In this document: one piece after another, positions 50,201-64,000 of the stretch
Layout: every line of letters begins with the position of its first letter
Position numbering within the stretch: the stretch's first letter is position 1
Assembly: GCA_965235115.1 (NCBI GenBank)
Contig: OZ249436.1
Coordinates: forward strand, 6,326,001 to 6,390,000
Length of the DNA: 64,000 bases
Reading direction: 5' to 3'
Source: Laetmonice hystrix
Lineage: Eukaryota
Made by a program: the position numbers and the translations under genes
The notes under the pieces: model-generated
What the model was told of the DNA's origin: nothing
Seen by the model: the letters and a program-made list of their open reading frames with translations, nothing else
Database searches by the model: none

Positions 50201-53200
50201 GAGCACCTGTTTCTACATTTCTACATAAATGATTAACAGAAATAATACTAAATGACAAAATGAACATATTATTCAAAGGTCAAACAAGCTGGTAGTGAGA
50301 ACCTTGGTAGGATGGGAAAACTCATGAAGAAATGTATGACCCCTGATGACCTTGATGCCGAGTCTATCGATGACTTGGGATTGAACTGCAGCTCCAGCAC
50401 GGCTCCTTCCTTCACGCCAGACAAGGCCCAGGTAGAGTTTTGCTTTCAGACTCTGTCAATTTGTTATAAATGACCGAAACAGGAAATGTAGGCAGCGACG
50501 GATGAATGAATTTGTTAGGCTGGCAAACCGGGGGGGGGGGGGTATACGCTTTATTTTATAACATCATCCTTATTGAATAGAGATACCTCCTTAGCCCCTC
50601 TGGATGTACAACTGCTCGGGCATGGCTGTCATATTCCTAACCCCGTTTTAAAACTCCGTATACCCTACATTAATGAATCCTTACTCACATAACGTACAGG
50701 CCAAGAAACTGATGAAGAAACTCAAGGATATCTACGGCAATCCATCATCAAGCAACACCAATTACTCTTTAACCTGCCTGCAAAACTGGGGCAAGGTCGC
50801 CGCTCTCGGCATGGACGCCTCCGACTTTGAGGACCTTCCAGACAATGGCGACTTGGCATCTATCTTTGAGGCGCTCAGCGAATACGAGGACGAGATGGAC
50901 GACACGCAGGTACAAGTCCTTTTGATAAACAGTAACATTTCTTATATGATTTCTGTAAGTTTTTCCTGTCTTTGATTCTGCAACGTGAACCCCCTGCCAC
51001 ACAGCTCGGCATTCTTCATTCCACTATCTGCATAGAAGTGAAGGTAACAATAATTTACCACCAAAAATTCCAGACTATCGCGTTGTCCACACGTGTCCGC
51101 GCTTACCTCGACATTGACAACAGCACTGCTGCCGCCGCCATCGACTCGTCCGTTGTCGAACAACTTGGTGTCTTCCTGAAACACTTCAAGTAAGCTTGAT
51201 GACCCACCTATACACATAAACGAGGAAGTTTGTTTTCTGAAGAAAAGAAAAGTTGGATTAAGTGTTGATCTAGGCCTGCTGAATGGACTTCGAAATGGGT
51301 TTATTATCGAAGCGCTATACCTTCTCAGGTTATAAATATGAAATGGAAGTCGTGACATCTGATCTCTATATTTTGTCTGTCTCATTACTTTACAGTACGA
51401 GTGACCTGGAGAAGTTCCCGTCAGCTGTCAGACCTGATGTTGGTCGTAAACTGGGAGAGGCCAACATGAACAGGCAGCCTAAGGCGGAGATTACTCGCCT
51501 CAAGAACTTTGCTTTGAAAAATATCGTAAGTGTCATTTTACTAGGAAACTTTAAATGGCAACCTTATGTCTCGAGTTCTGTTTTTGGCATTTGTCAATGA
51601 AAAGTCAATCTACGGTTGCAGACATCTTTTTAGAAACATTGAATCCCATTTCCAATTATCCTTTTCCTCCTTCAGCTTCGTGACGACACAAGCACCGTCA
51701 CAGACCGTTCGTCTGTATCTGAACTTGACGATAATGATGTTCGTGACCTTGGAAACCTCTTCCGGGGCCTGGAAAGCAGTGACATTAGCAAACTGAACGA
51801 ATCGGCCATGGAGAGTAACATGGTGTCAATGAATGGCCAGATCCGGGACAGGCCTTCAATGGAGGCTGTATGGACACGAGTACAGGCCACTGATCCGTAA
51901 GTTGTTATAGAATCTCCATCCTGGAGGGTTTGACTTTACTCACAATAGATGCACATTTTCTTTTTATTCTATGGAGGTATGTCCTTAAACATGAACAATA
52001 ATGACACCTTCACTCCTTGGCACTCGGACGCAACAAAACAACAAAATATAAATGGATAACTAAAACATGCGCTCACTTTTAAGAGCATGACTTTAATCAT
52101 TGCTTGCTTCTATCTCTATGTCAGGACGTTCCTGAACAGCGCCGATAATGTAATCACGAGTGCTGGTCTGGTAGGAGGAATGCCACAGGCCACTATCGAC
52201 GCCACAGACAAGGTATTGTAGCTGTTTTCTTCTACCTGTCAGTACAATACAGATTATGGCAGTAATGATGACTTTCATAGTACCAAACTCGTCAACACTG
52301 GTCAGTTCTGTAATCATTACCGTCATTCCATTTACAGTCGGTTCTTGGCGAGGCACTCAGTGACGCTGCCGAAATGATGCAGCAGCGTAAGGTGAACGAT
52401 AGAGCACGTGACCAGGCAGGTTTTAGCGGGGAAATATCAGCGGCTGACAAGACAAGCATGGGTGGGAGTAAATCGAGATTTGTCCTCAGGGCGTTTGAAG
52501 GATACCAGGCAGCTCAGACTACCAGCAGTAGGAGGAGGAGAAGGGCAACAAGTGAGTCAATGTTAATGGGTAACCTACTTCTATCATGATATCGTTTCAA
52601 ATATAGAAACTAAACCACCGTTAGTTCTCCTTTCCTTCAAAAAATCTGGTCATGCAATATGAAGACTAGATTGCTGGGGTGGGATACTTTATCAAAGACG
52701 GTAAATCAGCGTTCTGAAATATTCTGACTCTGTTGGCAAATGCATGGACATGATTTCAAGTGACCTCTCGTTTGACCCACAGCTGCCATCACTTGCTCGG
52801 ACATTCAAGTGCTGGGTTCGAACGCTGTCCAACTGACCACCTCACAGTTGGACACGTTGACCTCGGCGGAGTACACTGACTGTACCGAGACCCTGGGCGG
52901 AATCACAGACTGGAGCTCGGAACAACTCACATCACTCGCAACAAAGGCTAAATCCGTAAGTTCCTATACTATGCCTATGGTTAAGAGTTTAAAAGTCCTC
53001 AATAAGTCTGAACTTCCAACGCCCTAGTTTATATAAACGAATTATATTTTGATCTTTTTTTCTGGATGAACTAAAGAATTTGATTTTTTTCCAGACATAT
53101 GGGACACCATCGACGTGGACGTCGACAGAGATCAAGCTGTGTGGATCCGTCGTAGCTGGACTGTCTGTCTCTGAGATCGGAACCCTCAACTTAAACTCCT

Positions 53201-55200
53201 CCTCCGTCATGGCAGCCATAGGGGCCACCACGGCTTACAGCTCAGCCCAGGTCCGTACTGATCGACTGACACTTTGTTTGTTAACCATTGCTGGTTCATG
53301 TGTACCATTCGTACATTGCTTGTTGTTCAGTAATTAATTCATTTTCTCCTGCCTTGATTACAGTTGAAGACCGGGTTCGCTCGCTACCTGTCTGTGGCCA
53401 AGTCTGACACCGCCTCGTCAGTAACAGGGGACGAGCTCATGACTATGGGTAACTTCGCATGTGGTGCCGAGACCAGCCACATCAGTAGCTTCTCCACGTC
53501 CACCTACAGGTAGGTCTGGGGGACGGATCCCAACACGAAATGTGAACTTAGGTCCTGGTCCAACTGAATGACTGTACAGATAAGGTTCTAAGCCTGTACT
53601 ATAAGACTGAAAAAGACGGAGATCTACAATTAAAAGCAGAAGGATATAGAAGAGATATATAAAATGGAGAAGTGGCAAATCTAATTTGGCCTACATTATT
53701 TCCATTTATCACAGCACTGCCGCAAGTAGTATCGGTGCCTTGACTACATGTGACAGTGGCCAGTTGTCGGGCTACGCCACGAAGGCCAAGGCCGTCTACG
53801 GGGCAACCTCCACCTGGGATTCCACTACCATCACCACAGTTGGAAGCGTCATTGGTACGTATAACAAGTCTGTCAAAGAAATATAAGATACTTATGAGAC
53901 TTGTTCAAAGGCCTACATAGATCTAATCCTGTTCGAATCTACAACTCCCCCGACGATCTTACATTATTACTCAAGTATGATGACATGATTCTTGAAACTC
54001 AAGTATGATGACATTCTTGAAACTCAGAACATTCAACATCTTGCCGTTAGACGTAATGAGATCTGTTTGAAATATTTTAACAAAATTAAGAACCCTGCAC
54101 ACAAACTTCATCATCTGTTGCCTCAACCTAGAAATGTACAATACTCCTTAAGAACCAGAAAAGAATACCCCCAAATACACGCCCGAACGAATAGATACAT
54201 GAACCCATTAATCCCATGGTGTTTACGCAACTGCCAGACATAATGTGTACCTTCTATTCTATTTTAAATCTAGTCTTGTCATGGTGCATCTTTTATTCTA
54301 GTATAGTTTTAATCTAGTCTTGTTATGGTTATTAATTTTTGTTTTATATGCAATTGTCTTATCTATTATATAATGTATAGTTAATCCAACCGTATAATGG
54401 TTGCCAATAAACATGATTCTTATCTTATCTACATTTTTATGGTGTGTTTTTCAGGAGGTCTCACCTCTTCTGAGTTGGCTGCCCTAACGTCTGCCCAGTT
54501 GGCGTCCGTATCAGCTACTTCCATCGCTCAGATCCCGCCAGCCACCTTCGCCGTAAGTTGACACATACCATTGTAATACCATTATACCCTTATTGGTATG
54601 GTTTACGATGTCGATGTTGATAGTTTTATGTACGCAACTATCCATATTAAATGGTCACCGATGAGGATTGAACCATCCCTAACCGGCTATACTCTTCCCT
54701 CCAGGGTCTGACGTCATCCCAGCTGGCTGGACTTTCAACGGCTCAGGCTAACTCTGTGACAGGCAACCAGCAGGCAGCCCTCAGTACGGTCCAGCTCAAC
54801 AGTCTCTTCTCGGCAGGAGCCAGTCAGAAACCAGCCACGACAGGTTCGAACAGCGGGACGGGTGAGCATTCATTATTACTTTACTCGATATATTTTAGTT
54901 TATACAGTTGTAAGTGGCAGTATTAGTCATGGTATGTTATAGGTAAAGAAATATTCTGATATCAAGCCAAGTATTGGTAAACAACAATACTCAGGAAGCC
55001 ATATTGCCAGAGAGTGTCTCACAACACAGTACTTTTTCATAAGGCCTCACGAGGCAGTAGGCCTACTGCAATGTTGAACTGAACGCGTGCCTGTAGGTCA
55101 GTGTATCAGATGTTCTCATGATTGCTTTGTTATTCTTCCAGCCACTGTACGATTCTCCATCTTCATGGTTCTACCCATCATCCTCCACAAGCTGCTGTAA
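47253..55200 (+). CDS. Otoancorin/mesothelin/stereocilin-family-like GPI-anchored glycoprotein, copy 3 (23 exons, apparently intact)
   Basis: ATG at 47253 and TAA at 55198-55200. Exons and splice sites are homologous to copy 1, and I saw only substitutions (e.g. ADTF>ADSF, DAVS>DAES, GFRG>GFSG, AEF>AEY, GPNS>GSNS). A LINE fragment lies in intron 20. Confidence 0.82.
53966..54429 (+). mobile_element. 5'-truncated non-LTR retrotransposon (CR1/L2-group-like): ORF2 C-terminus plus 3' UTR
   Basis: Absent from the same intron in copies 1 and 2. It encodes ...HKLHHLLP...YSLR...RTNRYMNPLIPW...* (stop at 54243), resembling the post-RT tail of CR1/L2-group ORF2. AATAAA and a (TTATC)-like tail lie at the 3' end, and TACATT flanks both sides (53960-53965, 54430-54435). 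Confidence 0.8.
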
Positions 55201-55746
55201 ACCATGCCAGAGATGATCATTTCCGTTACGATGCGGATTCTAGCTATTATAATGGTTCCTTGCTCCACTCGGCGCGAGCAGTTTGACCAGTTATCATCCT
55301 GACAGCCTGCCCCGTATACCTGGAGATATCAACGATCATTGTACAACATCATTTAACATATACAATCATTGTATTAAACACTGCTGTATATTATCCAGGA
55401 TCACTGTACGAACTGTTGTAAGATTTCTAAATCAATGGAAGGTTCCCACAGTCTTTGTGCCAATTACTGTAAGGATTCAAAAGTCAGTGCAAAACTTTGT
55501 TAGAGCTCCACAGTAACTGCCCATGTGGCTGAAGATATTACCTATATATGTACCTATATATAATTTTACAACATGCTTTAAGATCTTCGCAACCAATCTT
55601 TGCATTGGTCAGAAACCATGATCTCAGGCCAGAAGCGTGCTTAACTTTGTTTTCTTGTTAATAGTCATATTCGCTCATGTCCATCAACTTGTACAGTTTC
55701 ACCTTGATCTCAGTTGTGGCATTTATGTCTTTTAATTTGATATGAA

Positions 55747-55752
55747 AATAAA
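55747..55752 (+). terminator. Putative polyadenylation signal AATAAA, copy 3
   Basis: Homologous to the copy 1 site. Confidence 0.5.
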
Positions 55753-57389
55753 CATATTTTATATTTTAAACTACTTCGGTCCGGCATTGCAATTTTTGAC
55801 ATGCAGTTTTAAAAAGACATTCATTTTTAGACGTTTTGACCTATTTATCTGAAATTTGTTCCACAGCCCCGAATAACCAGTTGATATCATATGCAAAACA
55901 TAATTATGTTGGGATAATAAATGATGAAGTTATAGTCAAGATAAAAGTGATCCAGGTTTTTTGGCTCACCCGATAAATTACAGCTTACAGAAACATGCTA
56001 CTCTTCTTTTTTTTCCTTCATCGATTTACCTCCCCCCCCCCCCCCCCACACACACAGCGTTTTAGGCCTACTTCACGATTGTCATGTCACCTTGGCTTCA
56101 ATTCACATAGTAGAGGGTTCCTTGGACTTTGATCTCTCTCTTCTATACTTTCCTGCAGCTTCTATTAAAACATTGATCAGAGTTTACACTATGGGACGAT
56201 GACTGTAATCGTAGGAGAATGTAGACAATAGGTCATCATGGTGTGATCAACATTTAGGTGATAGGGTGTGATATATATAAACTTAGGTGCTTATTCGTTT
56301 GAGGTGTTAATCCGTTCACAGCCCCCCCCCCCCCCCCCCCTCCAGCAGCCTGAAACAGGTCTCACCAAGGTTGAACGATACGGACCACAGCTAAAAGAGA
56401 TTGCAATATTAAAGACTGCATCACACATGAGACAGGGGTATTTTGTTCACAAATGTTCGTCGTCTGCGCTGAACCAGGAATTTCTGTTAAAGGTTCCCGA
56501 ATAATTCTCCGAGCGGATTTTTTGAACAAATGTTCGCGAACATGTTCGTCGTCTGCGGTTTCCAAGTAGGCCTATAATCCGTATAGTTCGACATAACTGT
56601 CATAATAAAAGTTCAACCTTTGTTATGCATGTAGGCTTACGGCGCTGGCCTCCCAGTGCCTCCCCACGCCCAATTAACCTCCAAGTAGTGAGTAGTTAAG
56701 AGACATTCGGAGGCGATCGGGAGGTACCTTCGCGTAGTGGAGCATACCTAGAACTGCTTCACTGTACTCCCGCTAGGGAGCCCCCTGGTGGCGGCGGATG
56801 GAGTGAGCCGTGTAACACTGACAGTGCTAGAGCATACCCCGCGGTGCGGGACCTCAGCGCGAAGGTCGTTTCCACAGCTCCCGAAGGTAGCAAAAGTGAG
56901 ATCAAAAGTTTTTGATATTTTCCGCTCGCGAAGCCTCCACGCTCCCGAAGATCAGGTCAGCTGCTGATCATCACGTGATCATCGATTCGCCGTACGAAAC
57001 AGCTCGCGACGTGTGACCACGTGGGCACATGGACCAGGAAGCATTCCGACATTGCGCGTGGACGTAATAAATATATAACTGCATGTTCTTTCTTCAATTG
57101 TGACACTTACTTTTTTGGATTTTTTTTTGTATAACTTCTTTTATCTTTCTCACATTTCTGTGGGGTTTTTTTTGGGGGGGGGGGCGGGGGTTTATGTTGT
57201 GTGCTTTCATTATTCCATTATCATTTCCTTTTGACCCACCACCAACTCCTGCTGTAGATCTCAATAAAAACCGCTATGTTATTAAAGAAACATCAAACTC
57301 TTTTTTTATTTTTCAAAAATGGTAGTTACGAGGCATATAGCTATTTCCATTATTTTAAGGCCAGATTTCGGGGTTTACGCCTTGCCTTC

Positions 57390-57393
<4 letters not shown>

Positions 57394-57436
<43 letters not shown>

Positions 57437-57445
57437 GAGAGAGAT
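57394..57445. repeat. (GA)n microsatellite at the unit 3/4 junction
   Basis: Directly visible. Confidence 0.95.
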
Positions 57446-57645
57446 ATTTAAAAAGGATATTTCAGGAGTTGTACAATAGGTTTTACTATACACTCTGGCT
57501 CACAGCCTAACTTAATTGTAAATTAGCACCTTCTATCCCGTCCCAACATGTAACAAATTGCAGCAGAAAGCCAAGCTGAAATCCTACCATATAGAAATAA
57601 ATTACTTTGAGTCGTCTCTTCAATTTCTGTTTTCTCTGCTCTCTC

Positions 57646-57715
<70 letters not shown>

Positions 57716-57717
57716 CA

Positions 57718-57754
<37 letters not shown>

Positions 57755-57944
57755 GTATGTCTGTCTGTGTGTGTGTCTCTCTCTCTCTTATTATTGTTTA
57801 TGTTTAGTGTTAAGTAGCTTTCTATGTGTAAAAGCTGTATGGAAGAAAATGCTAAACTTGATCTGGTCACATGGTAACGTAAATATTTTCATGTTACCAA
57901 GTAATATGCAACAAGAGTGCGTCTGCGCGAAATCCGATAATTGT

Positions 57945-57958
57945 GCTTATATATAAGC
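57945..57958 (+). promoter_or_regulatory. TATA box palindrome, copy 4
   Basis: GCTTATATATAAGC upstream of ATG 58018. Confidence 0.6.
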
Positions 57959-58017
57959 TGACGGGAACTCATTACGACCAAAACGGCCTTCTCGTGTAGC
58001 ACATCAACCAACTCGCT

Positions 58018-61000
58018 ATGAAGACGGCGCTACTCATTTCAGTCGTAGTACTTGGTGAGTTACTCGATTATACATTGCTCTTTACACGTTTCCTACGATC
58101 GGTACTATGATCTGCTGGCATATTCGCAAACTTTGCCACTTCTTGGGCTAGCAAGTCAAGCACACATTAATCATGAACTTAAAGGCAGTGTTGACTCTTA
58201 TTTTGATGCAGCATCAAGGAATGACCAACACAAATATCGTGTTGCGTTCAAGGTAATGAGAGATAGTGTAATTAGTGGTTGTCATTTCTTTCTCTTCCAT
58301 ATTTCAGCTACTATAGGTGCTGCACTTTGCAGTACGACGACTGAGGATCCTATCACAAGACCTCCTAGAAATGAGACGTTTGGCAACGAGACCATGTTGA
58401 ACTCCTCAATGTCCGGGAACGATACCAGGCCGTTCGGACGAGGACCCCCAAGGATTAGGGGAGGACCCTCTAGGATTGGAGGACTAAGCATCAGCAAGAG
58501 AGGCGTGGACATGAGGGCCCTCAAACAGATCGACGTGAGTTTTCAGTTTGAATTTTTCTGAGAGCAAAAAAGAATAATTATGTCAACTCTGAACGGACTG
58601 AAAAAAAGGAAAAATGAATTTCATTATTCACGCCTGCCCTTGTTATATCTTCGGAGATTTACGTGGAATGAAGCTTTACGACCACAGATGCGAACTTTGC
58701 CTTAAAGAAGACACAGTTTGAACACATTGCAAATGGTCTGAAACACCCTGTATACTAGCAATGATAGCCCTACATCTCTCGTTTGATGTATTTCACAGCC
58801 AGCGACTTTGAGAGACTCTGTGAGAAGTATGTCAAGATCGGAGAAGGACGACTTATGTTTTGGTGTCATGAATGGAGGCGCAGACAAGAGAACAATGGAC
58901 CTGTTAAAATCTCAAGGTGTCGACTGTGTCGGTGCTATGAGAAGAGACCCCTCGGTAAGTTTCATCTGATGTTACGTGCCTGCACAGTACTTTACCAAAG
59001 TGTCGGCCTACTAGTACAGTGTCCCTTCTGTTTACTAACCGAACGATGATTTACAACGTTGTCTGTATCTCTGCCACAGTTCAGGCCAAAGGGCGGCCAA
59101 GCCGTGCTGGCCTTCGACCAGATGAAGGCCGACAACCCTCCGTCCAGTTGGAACGATTCCGACTGGGCCGTCGCCTTCAAACAGATGGGATCAGCTGTCA
59201 AGGCATCTGACATCCGCCAGATGGGACCTGACGTTATGAGGGCCCTGTAAGTGCTAATTTACCTGCCAGACATATGCAGAAACAATAAACACCGTTATAA
59301 AAATATATTGCTACGACATATACCTGTTCACCAGGTTTACTGTAAATATCATGCATATTCTGGATTCTTTACTTTAGAGTCTTGAGCGGGGATCTCCAGC
59401 AAGCCGATACCTTCAAACGTCCATCCGAGAGGCGGGCGCTCGAAACGCAACTGAGAGGTGCCTTTGGCGATCCTACAGCATGGAACAGCAGTACTTTGGC
59501 AGATATGGGTCCCCTTCTCGGTAAAATGGACACCAAGACCCTCAGATCTATCCCTAAAGCTCAGGTAATTTTGGTTTTTATATTTAATAATTCGTCAGAA
59601 ATCGTGTAATGAACGTGATACAATTAACGGTTTCTGTGCGAAGTTTCGCATAATTGTTGCCAAAGGCATCCAGCGATATCGAAGACGTCATTGACACATT
59701 GACATTGGTTGACACATGGGCATAAACCTGTTCGCTTAACTACATGTGAACATACATAATAGAAACATGTTTATATGCACTCAGATGAGAGCCGCCGCAT
59801 CCAGCCTGAGAGATCTCAAGTTTGATGATCCAGGCAAGAAGGCCGCCATGGGAAAACAGCTAATTGAAGGACTTGGAAAGAACGCGGCAAATACATGGAC
59901 CGCCGACGATGTTAAAAAGTAAGTGCTACAACGTACACTGCTGACATATTACGATCAGGATTACAGATTAAACTCGCGTGTTTTGCTGCAAAGTGCTGCT
60001 TTTCTTAGCTTGAAAAAGTTGGAAGCATTCACTGAGTCAAATGCTACGATACCCTGGAAATTGTTATAATAATAACAAATTTAACCGTAACGGCTGCAGA
60101 AAGACTATCCCTTGCCCTCAACAATAGGCACTCCCGTTCCCATTAAAAGAAATCCTGGCTAGGCCTAGGGCCTGCTAGTTGTTCCCGATTGAACTGAAGC
60201 ATTATTACCTGTGTGCCTGCAGTGCTGACCAGTTTATCCGGGGTAACCCAAGTGTCATCAGTCGGCTGAGCGACTCGTCCCTAACCAGCGCCATGAGTGA
60301 CCTTGGTGCCCGTGAGACAGACAAGAGAGGTGTAAGTATGGAGACTGACATCTTCAAAACAATGCCTGACCTTATGTCAGAGTGAAAGATTCATTTGAAA
60401 TACTTGTTTCAATACCAGGTGTAGTAAGGTTACTATTCTGACTTGTTGACAGGCTGCTCAACTGGGCAAGCGGATCAAAGGCCTGCCCGGCTATTCGAAC
60501 CCGGCACAGGTTGACTCCAGTAAGGTAGCAGAGATGGGCCAACTGATGCAAGGCATGGGTCGGGACTACCTCAGCCGACTGTCATCCTCCGCCGTGCAGG
60601 GCGCTATCAGTACCCTGGCAAACGTCTCCTTCCCACGAGGTGACGCCCGCGAGCTCATGGCAAAGATCAAGGGTGACGTGAGTACAACAATTGGCAGATC
60701 ACTAGTTGGACAAGCTCACATCGATCCTGAACCCTACATTAATCGACCTCTGTTAAATATTCCGAACAGATATATAACTTGATGTTCCTTCCTTCACAGC
60801 CTGCAGCATACGACTCGTCTAAAATGAGGGAACTTGGCCACTTGGTGACGGGACTCGAACCTGAAGATCTAGACTCCGTACCAGCTTCAGCTTTGGTTGG
60901 CGCCATTGAGGATATTGCTGACAAGGACTTCGATGTCAGCCAGTGTCGTAGTATTGTCAGGAAGGTGGGTTTATATCCAACTTTGGGCTGTTAAATAAAC

Positions 61001-64000
61001 CTCATACAGAGATAAACTTACTACGTAATTGAGGAGCACCTATTTCTACATTTCTACATAAATGATTAACAGAAATAATACTAAATGATAAAATGAACAT
61101 ATTATTCAAAGGTCAAACAAGCTGGTAGTGAGAACCTTGGTAGGATGGGAAAACTCATGAAGAAATGTATGACCCCTGATGACCTTGATGCCGTGTCCAT
61201 CGATGACTTGGGATTGAACTGCAGCTCCAGCACGGCTCCTTCCTTCACGCCAGACAAGGCCCAGGTAGAGTTTTGTTTTCAGACTCTTTCAATTTGTTAT
61301 AAATGACCGAAACAGGAAATGTAGGCAGCGACGGATGAATGAATTTGTTAGGCTGGCAAACCGGGGGGGGGGGGTATACGCTTTATTTTATAACATCATC
61401 CTTATTGAATAGAGATACAAGCCTCCTTAGCCTCTCTGGATGTACAACTGCTCGGGCATGGCTGTCATATTCTTAACACCGTTTTAAAACTCCGTATACC
61501 CTACATTAATGAATCCTTACTCACATAACGTACAGGCCAAGAAACTGATGAAGAAACTCAAGGATATCTACGGCAATCCATCATCAAGCAACACTAATTA
61601 CTCTTTAACCTGCCTGCAAAACTGGGGCAAGGTCGCCGCTCTCGGCATGGACGCCTCCGACTTTGAGGACCTTCCAGACAATGGTGACTTGGCATCTATC
61701 TTTGAGGCGCTCAGCGAATACGAGGACGAGATGGACGACACACAGGTACAAGTCCTTTTGATAAACAGTAACATTTCTTATATGATTTCTGTAAGTTTTG
61801 CCTGTCTTTGATTCTGCAACGTGAACCCCCTGCCACACAGCTCGGCCTTCTTCATTCCACTATCTTCATAGAAGTGAAGGTAACAATAATTTACCACCAA
61901 AAATTCCAGACTATGGCGTTGTCTACACGTGTCCGCGCTTACCTCGACATTGACAACAGCACTGCTGCCGCCGCCATCGACTCGTCCGTTGTCGAACAAC
62001 TTGGTGTCTTCCTGAAACACTTCAAGTAAGCTTGATGACCCACCTATACACATAAACGAGGAAGTTTGTTTTCTGAAGAAAAGAAAAGTTGGATTAAGTG
62101 TTGATCTAGGCCTGCTGAATGGACTTCGAAATGGGTTTATTATGGAAGCGCTATACCTTCTCAGGTTATAAATATGAAATGGAAGTCGTGACATCTGATC
62201 TCTATATTTTATCTGTCTCATTACTTTACAGTACGAGTGACCTGGAGAAGTTCCCGTCAGCTGTCAGACCTGATGTTGGTCGTAAACTGGGAGAGGCCAA
62301 CATGAACAGGCAGCCCAAGGCGGAGATTACTCGCCTCAAGAACTTTGCTTTGAAAAATATCGTAAGTGTCATTTTACTAGGAAACTTTAAATGGCAACCT
62401 TATGTCTCGAGCTCTGTTTTTGGCATTTGTCAATGAAAAGTCAATCTACAGTTGCAGACATCTTTTTAGAAACATTGAATCCCATTTCCAATTATCCTTT
62501 TCCTCATTCAGCTTCGGGACGACACAAGCACCGTCACAGATCGTTCGTCTGCATCTGAACTTGACGATAATGATGTTCGTGACCTTGGAAACCTCTTCCG
62601 GGGCCTGGAAAGCAGTGACATTAGCAAACTGAACGAATCGGCCATGGAGAGTAACATGGTGTCAATGAATGGCCAGATCCGGGACAGGCCTTCAATGGAG
62701 GCTGTATGGACACGAGTACAGGCCACTGATCCGTAAGTTGTTATAGAATCTCCATCCTGGAGGGTTTGACTTTACTCACAATAGATGCACATTTTCTTTT
62801 TATTCTATGGAGGTATGTCCTTAAACATGAACAATAATGACACCTTCACTCCTTGGCACTCGGACGCAACAAAACAACAAAATATAAATGGATAACTAAA
62901 ACATGCGCTCACTTTTAAGAGCATGACTTTAATCATTGCTTGCTTCTATCTCTATGTCAGGACGTTCCTGAACAGCGCCGATAATGTAATCACGAGTGCT
63001 GGTCTGGTAGGAGGAATGCCACAGGCCACTATCGACGCCACAGACAAGGTATTATAGCTGTTTTCTTCTACCTGTCAGTACAATACAGATTATGGCAGTA
63101 ATGATGACTTTCATAGTACCAAACTCGTCAACACTGGTCAGTTCTGTAACCATTACCGTCATTCCATTTACAGTCGGTTCTTGGCGAGGCACTCAGTGAC
63201 GCTGCCGAAATGATGCAGCAGCGTAAGGTGAACGATAGAGCACGTGACCAGGCAGGTTTTAGCGGTGAGATATCAGCGGCTGACAAGACAAGCATGGGTG
63301 GGAGTAAATCGAGATTTGTCCTCAGGGCGTTTGAAGGATACCAGGCAGCTCAGACTACCAGCAGTAGGAGAAGGAGAAGGGCAACAAGTGAGTCAATGTT
63401 AATGGGTAACCTACTTCTATCATGATATCGTTTCAAATATAGAAACTAAACCACCGTTAGTTCTACTTTCCTTTAAGAAATCTGGTCATGCAATATGAAG
63501 ACTAGTTTGCTGGGGTGGGATACTTTATCAAAGACGGTAAATCAGCGTTCTGAAATATTCTGACTCTGTTGGCAAATGCATGGACATGATTTCAAGTGAC
63601 CTCTCGTTGGCCCACAGCTGCCATCACTTGTTCGGACATTCAAGTGCTGGGTTCGAACGCTGTCCAACTGACCACCTCCCAGCTGGACACGTTGACCTCG
63701 GCGGAGTACACTGACTGTACCGAGACCCTGGGCGGAATCACAGACTGGAGCTCGGAACAACTCACATCGCTCGCAACAAAGGCTAAATCCGTAAGTTTCT
63801 ATACTATGCCAGACTATGGTTAAGCGTTTAAAAGTCCGTAATAAGTCTGACCTCCTAATGCCCTAGTTTATATAAACGAATTATATTTTAATACTTTTTT
63901 CTGGATGAACTAAAGAATTTGATTTTTTCCAGACATATGGGACACCATCGACGTGGACGTCGACAGAGATCAAGCTGTGTGGATCCGTCGTAGCTGGACT
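58018..64000 (+). CDS. Otoancorin/mesothelin/stereocilin-family-like glycoprotein, copy 4 (partial; exons 1-18, cut by the window end)
   Basis: ATG at 58018. Exons are homologous to copy 1, with intact splice sites as far as exon 18 (starts 63933). Exon 2 substitutions are AAIG>ATIG, TMFN>TMLN and IGGGPP>IRGGPS. Confidence 0.8.

Larger units (their letters stand above)
25900..64000 (+). repeat. Tandem segmental array of ~10.4-10.8-kb gene-containing units (3 complete and 1 partial)
   Basis: Homologous ATGs lie at 26456, 36862, 47253 and 58018 (spacings 10406, 10391, 10765). Homology begins near GATATT..AAAAAGGATA..TTTCAGGAGTTGTACAA at about 25900, 36370, 46760 and 57443. Confidence 0.97.

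Overview
This is intron-containing eukaryotic DNA, probably from an invertebrate animal given the GT-AG introns, TTAGGG tract, MITEs and a non-LTR retrotransposon fragment. The right 38 kb (about 25.9-64 kb) is a head-to-tail array of four ~10.4-kb units. Each unit carries a 23-exon + strand gene. Splicing copy 1 by hand gives a 1155-aa protein with a signal peptide, mesothelin/otoancorin/stereocilin-type 'G-x-P-x-x-W' repeats, an RRRRR furin-type site and a C-terminal GPI signal. Copies 1 and 3 look intact. Copy 2 carries a 7-bp frameshift and is a 5'-copy-3/3'-copy-1 mosaic. Copy 3 has a young LINE fragment in intron 20. Copy 4 runs off the window. Head-to-head with copy 1 is a small spliced minus-strand gene (~226 aa) made of Vps62/DUF946-like repeats, most of which the ORF track misses. 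The left 22.5 kb is repeat-rich, with MITEs, microsatellites, a ~75-bp minisatellite, four ~1.17-kb tandem units and a possible Helitron-like end. Family assignments come from motif recognition by eye; no database searches were run.
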